A DNA stretch of 64,000 nucleotides from Telluribacter sp. (lineage in GTDB: Bacteria > Bacteroidota > Bacteroidia > Cytophagales > Spirosomataceae). A program made the position numbers and the translations under genes. The DNA lies in contig NZ_DASYHI010000013.1 of assembly GCF_035998675.1 (NCBI RefSeq), forward strand, positions 215,001-279,000, given 5' to 3'. Positions 9,701 to 16,408 of this stretch are shown here, piece after piece; within the stretch, counting starts at the first letter, position 1; each line of letters opens with the position of its first letter. The notes below the pieces were generated by a model. The model was not told the DNA's origin and ran no database searches. It saw nothing but the letters and a program-made list of their open reading frames with translations.

Positions 9701-10362
9701 TCTTGCCCGGTGATATCAAGCTAAAAGACCTCAACGGTGACGGCAGCATTACCCCCGGCGACAATACCGTGGATAATCCCGGCGACCGGATCATCATCGG
9801 AAACTCCGCTCCCCGCTATACCTTTGGGGTTAACTTAGGTGCCGACTGGAAAGGCTTCTTCTTCTCAGCCTTCTTCCAGGGCGTAGGCAAGCAGGACTGG
9901 TACCCCAGTACCGAGTCCAACGCCTTCTGGGGGCAGTACAACCGTCCTTACGGCGACGTTCCCAACTGGCACCTCAATGAAGGAATTATCTGGTCCGAAG
10001 AAAATCCCGATTCGTTTTTCCCCCGGTACGTATCGCGGCTCGCCAACCGTAGCGGTGGTATCCTGACGGTCCGTCAGACCAAGTACACCATGAATGCCGC
10101 CTACGTCCGTCTGAAAAACTTCCAGGTAGGGTACAACCTGCCGCAAAGCCTGCTAGCTCCGGTTAAATTCGTAAAAGGCGCGCGTATTTACCTGTCGTCC
10201 GACAACCTGCTGACCTGGTCGCCGCTGCTTCGTATCGTGGACAACATTGACGTTGAAAACGCTAATGCGCCCTCCGATCAGCTGTTTAGTGGCAATGCCG
10301 GCGATGGCTACAATTATCCGATGCTGAAAAGTGTTGCGCTTGGTTTATCCGTAACATTTTGA
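6790..10362 (+). CDS. SusC/RagA-family TonB-dependent receptor with N-terminal STN (signalling) domain
   Basis: Start at ATG 6790 (MKKLLRNKP...); the upstream TTG at 6754 is possible. It has an STN-like segment (LTNVPLKEALGQIQEKVQAKFVY...ISYRVINDQIVLS), a carboxypeptidase-regulatory-like domain (IRGQVLAADNSEPLPGVSVVVKGTSRGTTTDGNGAYEL), a plug, and a C-terminal F. Confidence 0.9.
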   Translation: MKKLLRNKPINWRKIMRFGLLQWLLAALLASVTYARESTAQSILSKDMTIQLTNVPLKEALGQIQEKVQAKFVYSSRISLDDRITIDAKNEKVSTILDQILVPRGISYRVINDQIVLSRQKLKTTSVLPDLEERLLNWNAPKDVTIRGQVLAADNSEPLPGVSVVVKGTSRGTTTDGNGAYELVVPDVQSVLVFSFVGYLPQEVTVGNRSQIDITLQADIKALQEVVVVGYGTQKKVNLTGAVDQVSGEVFDNRPLTNLNQGLQGVLPNVNIRMLDGRPTQSPTINVRGTTSIGQGGSALILIDGVEGDPSMLNPNDIESVTVLKDAASAAVYGARGAFGVVLITTKLPAKDAFSVTYNANFGTKQPTVLPNYLTDGFTWASMYNTSFFNWENTYPQNVNKTLNFSQEYLAELERRSKDPSLPKTEVGPDGRYVYYENTDWFNLLYKDRLKFQEHNLSLSRSTDKANFMITGRYNGQDGLFRYNSDDFRVYNLRAKGAIKLFPWLEVNNNVDYSNRFYHTPINVGEGGGIWRNIGDEGHVLSPMLNPDGTITHSGAFTVGDFYYGKNGQDTERSIIRNTTGFESKFLNNSLRVIGNFTFQNIYNDENRRRVQVPFSRSPGVIEYVGNQYNDLTEYHNRTRYMASNLYAEYEKTVNKHYFKAMVGTNYEQSTYNRLEVQRNGLIFEDATNINLALGQAISTSGNYEAWKILGGFSRLNYIFNDKYLIEFNGRYDGSSKFPENERFGFFPSISVGWRLSQEEFWPVSDRIVTDLKFRGSYGSLGNGNIGSYAFQETFSIGQMGRILNGILPQRTRLPSVLPDGLTWETATTSNVGMDLTMLSGKLTLNADAYIRKTTDMYTIGLTLPAIFGATSPRGNYADLKTTGWEVVMAWRDQFNVGSGPFNYRIGFNLADNQSTILRYNNPNKFLNDYYEGMKIGEMWGYVNDGFFKTKAEIDAHANQRLFLSTARGEILPGDIKLKDLNGDGSITPGDNTVDNPGDRIIIGNSAPRYTFGVNLGADWKGFFFSAFFQGVGKQDWYPSTESNAFWGQYNRPYGDVPNWHLNEGIIWSEENPDSFFPRYVSRLANRSGGILTVRQTKYTMNAAYVRLKNFQVGYNLPQSLLAPVKFVKGARIYLSSDNLLTWSPLLRIVDNIDVENANAPSDQLFSGNAGDGYNYPMLKSVALGLSVTF

Positions 10363-10389
10363 TGTACCATCTTTAAAATATACCTACAC

Positions 10390-12192
10390 ATGAAGAAGTA
10401 TTATATAGGACTACTACTTATCAGCTTGATGCTGACCGGCTGTGACCTGGAAGAAGTACCCCAGCATACCGCCAACAAGCAGGCCGTATTTGGCAGCGAA
10501 AACGGCCTGCAGCTCTACGCCAACTCTTTTTACGAGTGGATGCCGAGCGCCAACAACATCCACCAGGCCGACGCCATCTCGGACTACTCGGCCCGCCGCA
10601 ACGCGCCCGATTTCCTGCGGGAAGGAGTATACAGCTCCCGTACCAGCGACAATACATCCGCCTCGGGCTATGACATGGTAGCCCTGGGGGGTGACTCCAA
10701 CTGGGGCTGGGGCGCCCTGCGGAATATTAATTTTTTTCTGGCCAATAACGTAAATCCCAACGTACCCGAAGCCACCCGGATGCACTACAATGGGTTGGCG
10801 CGGTTTTTCCGGGCCTGGTTTTACTTCGAAAAGGTAAAACGCTACGGCAATGTACCCTGGATCGACAAGCCCCTGGATGTATCTGATCCTCAGCTTTATG
10901 CCGAGCGTGACCCGCGTACGCTGGTCATGGATAACGTACTGGCCGACCTGAACTTCGCCGTTGAAAACATCCGGACGGTGGACGATGCCTCCCGGACCCT
11001 GATTACCAAAAACATAGCCCTGGCGTTGAAATCGCGGGTGGCCTTATTTGAAGGTACATTCCGGAAGTACCATACCGATAAAGGCCTGGCCAATACAGCC
11101 AACACCTGGTTAACCGAGTCGGCCAATGCCGCCAAAGCCATCATGGATAGCGGCAAGTTTCGGCTCCATACAACCGGCGGCCCGGATGCGGCTTACCGGC
11201 AGCTATTTACCAGCGACGTACCGGTTGCTTCCGAAATCATGCTGGCCGTGGTGTCCAGCGCCAGTCTGGGCATAAGGCATGCGGCTAACTGGTACTTTAC
11301 TTCGTCTACTACGGGTACGCGGTTCAGCTTTATCCGTCCGTTTATCCATACGTACCTCAATATCGACGGTACCCCCTTTACCAGTGAGGCCGACTACCAG
11401 ACCCAGACGTTCCAGGAAGAGACCAAAGGACGTGACAAGCGGCTTCAGCAGACCATCCGGACCCCCGGCTATACCCGCGTAAACGGCGGTACCCGCGTAG
11501 CGGCCCCCCCCGCCTTCACCTATACGTACACCGGCTACCAGCCCATTAAATGGAGCGTGGACGATGTGACCATTGACGGTGGAAACAACAGTACCAATGC
11601 GGTGTCCATATTCCGCTACGCGGAGGTACTGCTCAACTACGCCGAAGCCAAAGCCGAACTGGGTACCATTACCAACGACGACTGGGCCAAAACCATTGGC
11701 GCCCTGCGCAGCCGGGCCGGTATTACGGGTGGGCTTACTACCTTACCTACCACTATTGATCCGTACCTTAAGTCGGTGTACTTCCCCAACATCTCTAACC
11801 CGGTTATTCTGGAAATTCGCCGCGAACGGGGCATTGAGCTGGCACTGGAAGGCTTCCGCTTTTATGACCTGATCCGCTGGAAGCGCGGGGAGCTGTTTGA
11901 AATGGAGTGGCGGGGCATTTACGTACCCGAGGCCAATAAACTGATTGACCTGGACGAGGATGGCAAGCCCGATGTGTTCTTTTTCACCACCACGCCGGCC
12001 AGTCAGGTAAGTGGAGTTACCTACATCAACGTAGGCGTAGCCGCGCAGAAACTGACCAATGGTACCTCAGGGGAAATTACCTGGCTGACCAATATTCCCC
12101 GTAAGTTTGATGACAAGAAGTATTTTTATCCCATTCCGGAAACCCACCTCCTGACCAATCCCAAACTGGGGCAGAATCCGGGCTGGCAGTAG
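10390..12192 (+). CDS. SusD/RagB-family nutrient-binding lipoprotein
   Basis: 600 aa with a lipoprotein signal (LMLTGCD). SusD motifs are present (FRAWFYFEKVKRYGNVPWI, RYAEVLLNYAEAKAELG, RRERGIELALEGFRFYDLIRW, NPGWQ end). It lies directly downstream of the SusC gene. Confidence 0.9.
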   Translation: MKKYYIGLLLISLMLTGCDLEEVPQHTANKQAVFGSENGLQLYANSFYEWMPSANNIHQADAISDYSARRNAPDFLREGVYSSRTSDNTSASGYDMVALGGDSNWGWGALRNINFFLANNVNPNVPEATRMHYNGLARFFRAWFYFEKVKRYGNVPWIDKPLDVSDPQLYAERDPRTLVMDNVLADLNFAVENIRTVDDASRTLITKNIALALKSRVALFEGTFRKYHTDKGLANTANTWLTESANAAKAIMDSGKFRLHTTGGPDAAYRQLFTSDVPVASEIMLAVVSSASLGIRHAANWYFTSSTTGTRFSFIRPFIHTYLNIDGTPFTSEADYQTQTFQEETKGRDKRLQQTIRTPGYTRVNGGTRVAAPPAFTYTYTGYQPIKWSVDDVTIDGGNNSTNAVSIFRYAEVLLNYAEAKAELGTITNDDWAKTIGALRSRAGITGGLTTLPTTIDPYLKSVYFPNISNPVILEIRRERGIELALEGFRFYDLIRWKRGELFEMEWRGIYVPEANKLIDLDEDGKPDVFFFTTTPASQVSGVTYINVGVAAQKLTNGTSGEITWLTNIPRKFDDKKYFYPIPETHLLTNPKLGQNPGWQ

Positions 12193-12219
12193 CAGGATGT
12201 ATTAGTCATTTTTAAAAGC

Positions 12220-12261
12220 ATGAACGGACTGTCGTCACAGATGGTCCGTTCATACTTTTTT
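12220..12261 (+). terminator. Intrinsic terminator after SusD
   Basis: ATGAACGGAC (12220-12229) pairs with GTCCGTTCAT (12244-12253), a 10-bp stem, followed by ACTTTTTT. Confidence 0.7.
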
Positions 12262-12489
12262 GTGTAGGTAAGGGAAGGTTACTGATAATTCCGTTTGGTA
12301 AAAATTGGGGTTTGTTTGATGGAAGGGAGTGGAGAATGGAGTATCTTGGGTTTGGATGGGTGTGAGGGGTGATTTGAAGCGTTGTTGTGGATAGATGCGA
12401 CCTCAAAAGTTATATGCTGTATCAAGAAAGTTTAAATTTTCGTGTACTAACGCGTCATCAAAATAGATCAAATACTAATTGTTCGAGAA

Positions 12490-12989
12490 ATGGGATCAAA
12501 TAATTTATTGCTTGAAAATGAAAAAATAGATGCTATTGAAAAATTTTTATATGCCCTTAAGAAATTAAACGAGTTAAAAATTATCAACAGTCGAAAGGAT
12601 TTTACATCTCAGCTTGGAGAATGGCTGGTTGCAGAAATGTATGGTGCTACTTTGGCAGAAAGCAAAAAGACTGGGATATGAAAGTAGGTGATATAAAAAT
12701 TCAGGTAAAATCACATTCAAAAGCGAAAACCACAAAAAGAGCAAATACTGATTTTAAATATTCTGAAGATGCATCGATTGATGTTTTCATTATTGTTATT
12801 TTTACCGACAACTACAAAATCAAAACTATATATGAAATTCCGTGGGAAACGGCTTTAAAGCTAAAAACACAAAATACAATTGATCCAGTTATTACATGGT
12901 CAAAAATACCGAAAGAATGTATAGTTAGTTTAGAATACAAAATCGGAGATAATAAATTATTAAGAAGTTTCATCGAAATAGGAAATTAG
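12490..12989 (+). pseudogene. Possible frameshifted PD-(D/E)xK-like nuclease-fold gene (alternatively two ATGA-coupled small genes, 12490-12681 and 12678-12989)
   Basis: Two overlapping ORFs lie in different frames. Joined near the A5 run at 12664-12668 they would read ...LGEWLVAEMYGATLAESKK-DWDMKVGDIKIQVKSH..., giving a D...QxK arrangement reminiscent of restriction-endonuclease-fold proteins. The family assignment is tentative. AT-rich. Confidence 0.4.
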
Positions 12990-12996
12990 ATGCTAC

Positions 12997-13126
12997 TGCT
13001 AACCCCGATTTGCAATCGGGCTTGCGTCCACTTCGCGTTTTTAACGCAAGCCGTGCATAAGGGTATTCGCGTTACAAACGCTGGGAGATAGCATCCCGAT
13101 TACAAATCGTGACGAGCGCGATAAAA
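12997..13126 (+). repeat. Modular palindromic repeat, copy B
   Basis: It starts 8 nt after the TAG stop at 12987-12989. Hairpins are CCCCGATTTGCAATCGGG (13003-13020) and CCCGATTACAAATCGTG (13095-13111), followed by the ACGAGCGCGATAAAA tail. It lacks the CGGTCGGCCGCAGCCGTTGC module. Confidence 0.85.
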
Positions 13127-13426
13127 GGCCTTTAATACCATATTAAACGATGGAAAGAAAAATGCGAATAATAAAACCACATTCGAAATGTTTAACAAGT
13201 TAAACGCATTAAAATGTACAATGATTTAGATTGGAAAAACACAATTTCTCCCCTAGGATCGTCTACATGGGATTTTATTTCTTATAGAAAATCAGATTTG
13301 AGTATATTGGGTTTACGAAATGAATACTTCTTTGGGCGTTGCTATGCTGTTATATTGGCAAAAGCGGGGATTATTGTATTTTAATAAGTACTCTGCCTAA
13401 CAAATTGCATTTTTAAATGCGTTTAA

Positions 13427-13768
13427 CCTGAATGCTTAACTACAAATTGGAGTACATGGACATCCGCTTCGACAGGGCAAGTACATTTCTATTATAAAAC
13501 GTGCAGGCGTGATAGAGCAAAAACTTATACTCACAGAAAAAATACAGCAAGGGGAACGCATACGCGGAGACAATGGCTTAATAAACTTGCAGAATTTAAC
13601 CATTGTCTTAAATGTTTACGCAATTGGACAGTTATTCCTGTTAGACCTGATAAACGTTTTAAGTTTGTTTAGACAAAAGACCATATCCTTCCATTAAGTC
13701 GAGGAGGCACTGATGAAATTAATAACATTCAGCTATTATGTTACCAGTGTAATTTTGGCAAACGATAA
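13427..13768 (+). pseudogene. Decayed HNH endonuclease gene (in-frame TAG, no start codon)
   Basis: My manual frame-2 translation gives ...[66 protein letters not shown]. It shows the CxxC...DH...N...CxxC...N signature of HNH nucleases, an in-frame TAG at 13670-13672, and no ATG in the open part. Confidence 0.6.
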
Positions 13769-13903
13769 TTTGGAAAGCCAAATCCGTGGTCTTTGTCCCC
13801 ACCATAGCCGTCAGGCTAACGGCCTCGGAGAGGCACAACGGGGGAACATATTAGTTACCCAACACCGTAATACTCCTGATTTTAAACTTAAAATTCAAAA
13901 TGC

Positions 13904-14152
13904 ATGCAACCTGCGGTGAAGAGAACTGTCGATTCGTTCAAAAATAGGGACGGTGAAAACATCTACTATATAATAGACTGTCCCTTGAAAGAGAGGTATT
14001 TTAAAGGTGGTCCGAACGCTGGACGCTCATATGCTGCTCCCAGTAGGTGTGAACAATGTCCTCACAAGGTTGAGCATGAGCGAACTTTCTATTTTATCGG
14101 AGACAATAAGATTGAGACTCCGTGGCTAAGCTCAATTGTTTGTAAAGGATAG
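13904..14152 (+). CDS. Hypothetical small protein (82 aa)
   Basis: An ORF only, with no recognisable motif except Cys pairs (CEQCPHK). It is followed 30 nt downstream by repeat copy C, like the other island ORFs. Confidence 0.3.
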   Translation: MQPAVKRTVDSFKNRDGENIYYIIDCPLKERYFKGGPNAGRSYAAPSRCEQCPHKVEHERTFYFIGDNKIETPWLSSIVCKG

Positions 14153-14182
14153 TAATGCTGTTTCCGGTAAGCCCTACCCCCC

Positions 14183-14291
14183 CGCTAACCCCGATTTGTA
14201 ATCGGGACGGTCGGCCGCAGCCGTTGCAAACGTGGAGAGATAGCATCCCGATTACAAATCGGGTGGTGCCCCATCGAGACGAGCGCGATAA
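14183..14291 (+). repeat. Modular palindromic repeat, copy C (short form)
   Basis: CGCTAACCCCGATTTGTAATCGGG (hairpin 14189-14206), then CGGTCGGCCGCAGCCGTTGCAAACG..., then hairpin CCCGATTACAAATCGGG (14247-14263), a 15-nt insertion and the ACGAGCGCGATAA tail. It lacks the 52-nt module seen in A and B. Confidence 0.85.
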
Positions 14292-14317
14292 GCGCCGATT
14301 ACCAATCTGCTGCCAAT

Positions 14318-14659
14318 CTAAATGTCTTGTAGTATATTCTCAATCTCGCCCTTTAACGTAGGTATACTGCCTTGGATAATCTGCCAGACTTCCTCAGGGT
14401 TGACCCCGAAATAGTTATGGGCCACGATATTACGGAATCCTTTGTACCTGGCCCATGGAATACGGCTTCGGCTTTCCTTCAGGTCTAGGGTTAATTTTGA
14501 TACCGTTTCACCAATGATGATAAAATTCATCAGTACTGCATCAAACGTCTTTTCATCTTCATAAAAACGATCAAAATCCTCGACACCCTCAACAAAATGT
14601 TGGATTTTAGTGCAGGCTTCCAGAATCGCCATCAGGTTCGCCGTATCCTTTTCAGACAT
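14318..14659 (-). CDS. hepT: HepT-like (DUF86) RNase toxin of a type VII toxin-antitoxin pair
   Basis: 113 aa with an Rx4HxY motif (RNIVAHNY). It overlaps the upstream nucleotidyltransferase gene by 8 nt. Confidence 0.85.
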   Translation of the reverse strand: MSEKDTANLMAILEACTKIQHFVEGVEDFDRFYEDEKTFDAVLMNFIIIGETVSKLTLDLKESRSRIPWARYKGFRNIVAHNYFGVNPEEVWQIIQGSIPTLKGEIENILQDI

Positions 14660-14966
14660 AGAGTGCAGAGCGTAGGATTTGACTCTTGAAGTAAGGCTTT
14701 ACGTACTTTTCGCTACACAGATCTACCTTTTTGCCCAATTCCGACTCAAACATACCCTTTATTTCGTGCTTTTTGTCGTACAGATTTGGAGTACCGGGTT
14801 GAAAATCAATCAATAAGTCAATATCGCTATCTTCCGTTTCTTCCCCCCGGGCATACGAACCGAATAGCGCCAGTGTATTTACCCTATACTGCAAAGCCAG
14901 CTCTTCTTTCTTAGCCCGCAGGTACTCCAGTATATACTCGCGGGTTATCGCTCTTTTCGTTTTCAT
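14652..14966 (-). CDS. mntA: MNT-type minimal nucleotidyltransferase antitoxin
   Basis: ATG at 14966 (MKTKRAITREY...). GSYARGEETEDSDIDLLIDF matches the GSx(n)DxD nucleotidyltransferase motif. It is paired with HepT. Confidence 0.85.
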   Translation of the reverse strand: MKTKRAITREYILEYLRAKKEELALQYRVNTLALFGSYARGEETEDSDIDLLIDFQPGTPNLYDKKHEIKGMFESELGKKVDLCSEKYVKPYFKSQILRSALYV

Positions 14967-15300
14967 GCTGTTGGATGGCTTTACTACAAACGTTTGATAC
15001 AAGTTTAACGATTTTCCAGGCTATTTTCAAAAACCTCGTCTTCAGTACCAGCCGATTTGTACGCAGTTTGCCTCAGCACTCCGGCCTGAATCCCCTCAGG
15101 CCTTCCACGCCTGGACAACCTGACCGCCCACACAGAGAGTAGCCAGCTATTACCTCTGCCATCCTGAGAAAAAAACAGTCCCCTCAGGCTCCAACCTAAA
15201 AGCGATCCCGGAATTTCAAACAAATTTAATCTCCTTATCCAGCCCAAATTCCCTTACTTTGTAATACTCATTTCAGTAGTTTAACATGTAAGCTGTTCCC

Positions 15301-16143
15301 ATGAAAACCAGTATTTTATTCCTGTTCCTAAGCCTCTGCGCTATGCAGACTACCTTTTCGCAAGCCAATACTCCCCTGGTAGTAGCTACCTACAACCTCC
15401 GCTACAATACGCCCAACGACGGGGTAAATGCCTGGCCTAACCGCAAAGAGAACGTGAAAGCGCTGATCCGGTACCACGAGTTTGACATCTTCGGAACTCA
15501 GGAGGTACTGAGAGGGCAACTGGAAGACGTAGCCGAGCTGAAAGAATTCGCTTTTTTGGGCAAAGGCCGCGACGACGGCAAGCAAGGCGGTGAGCATTCG
15601 GCTATTTTTTACAAAAAAGACCGCTTCAAAGTCCTGGACTCCGGCGACTTCTGGCTGAGCGAAACGCCCGACGTACCCGGCAAGGGCTGGGACGCTACCT
15701 GCTGCAACCGTATCTGTTCCTGGGCCAAGTTCCAGGACCTGCAAACAAAGAAGGATTTCTACTTTTTCAGTGTTCACTTTGACCACCAGGGCGTGAAGGC
15801 CCGGCAGGAATCGGGTAAGCTGATGGTGAAGAAAATAAAGGAAATTGCTAAAAATGCTCCTACCATTTGTGTAGGCGATTTTAATTCGACACCCGATACC
15901 GAGCAGATTCAGGCCATGCAAACCATACTGCGCGATGCGCACAACGTATCGGCTACGCCGCCCTACGGTCCCGAAGGTACCTTCAATGCCTTCAAGTTTG
16001 ACGCTCCCATGGATAAACGTATTGACTACATTTTTGTCAGTAATCAATTCAATGTTCTGAAGTACGGCGTACTTACCGATGCGAAGGAGCAGCGCTACCC
16101 CTCCGACCACCAGCCGGTGGTGGCGAAGGTGGTGTTTAAGTAG
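15301..16143 (+). CDS. Secreted endonuclease/exonuclease/phosphatase (EEP) family protein
   Basis: 280 aa with a signal peptide (LSLCAMQTTFSQA). EEP motifs are present (VATYNLRY, GTQEV, GDFNS, C-terminal PSDHQPV). The antisense ORF 15328-16110 is judged a shadow ORF. Confidence 0.85.
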   Translation: MKTSILFLFLSLCAMQTTFSQANTPLVVATYNLRYNTPNDGVNAWPNRKENVKALIRYHEFDIFGTQEVLRGQLEDVAELKEFAFLGKGRDDGKQGGEHSAIFYKKDRFKVLDSGDFWLSETPDVPGKGWDATCCNRICSWAKFQDLQTKKDFYFFSVHFDHQGVKARQESGKLMVKKIKEIAKNAPTICVGDFNSTPDTEQIQAMQTILRDAHNVSATPPYGPEGTFNAFKFDAPMDKRIDYIFVSNQFNVLKYGVLTDAKEQRYPSDHQPVVAKVVFK

Positions 16144-16243
16144 CTATTGGAAGCCAGCTTTTTGCTAAAAAGAAAATGAAAGTATCAATCTGATTTTTTT
16201 CAGAGACGTAGAGCTATACATTCAAGTACTTAACGCTATTAAA

Positions 16244-16316
16244 GCTCCGGAGGAGCATTACCTAAGTAGGAACAGGAACCAACTTGTTATAGCAAAAGCC
16301 CCAGAGGGGAGACACC
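16244..16316. repeat. Diverged copy of the two-hairpin REP-like unit seen around the Y1 transposase
   Basis: GCTCCGGAGGAGC-ATTACCTAAGTAGGAACAGGAACC...AAAGCCCCAGAGGGGAGACACC aligns by eye with 28836-28916 (GCCCCAGAGGGGC-CATACCTTAGTAGCAGAACAGTGCC...AAAGCCCCGCTAGGGGCGACACC). Confidence 0.5.
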
Positions 16317-16334
16317 ATCTGCTAATTGTAAAAT

Positions 16335-16380
16335 AAAGAGCGGCAAGTACGGTACCAGATCTACTTGCCGCTCTTTTTAA
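16335..16380. terminator. Bidirectional terminator hairpin between convergent genes
   Basis: AAAGAGCGGCAAGTA (16335-16349) pairs with TACTTGCCGCTCTTT (16362-16376), a 15-bp stem. An A-run lies upstream and a T-run downstream. Confidence 0.75.
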
Positions 16381-16408
16381 TAGAAAGCTTAATAGACTAC
16401 AATCTTCG

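Noticed and set aside
13509-13919. Two listed plus-strand ORFs (62 aa and 68 aa) as genes.
   Set aside because: Both are out of frame relative to the clear HNH signature recovered in frame 2. They are by-products of the decayed HNH gene.
14155-14361. 68-aa plus-strand ORF.
   Set aside because: It runs straight through repeat copy C and into the antisense of hepT, so it is an artefact of the repeat.
15005-15247. 80-aa minus-strand ORF between the TA pair and the EEP gene.
   Set aside because: The sequence is Trp/Arg/Gly-rich nonsense-like. The region contains a hairpin (GGCCTGA-ATCCCC-TCAGGCC, 15083-15102) and a repeated TCCCCTCAGGC word. It is more likely non-coding junction DNA.
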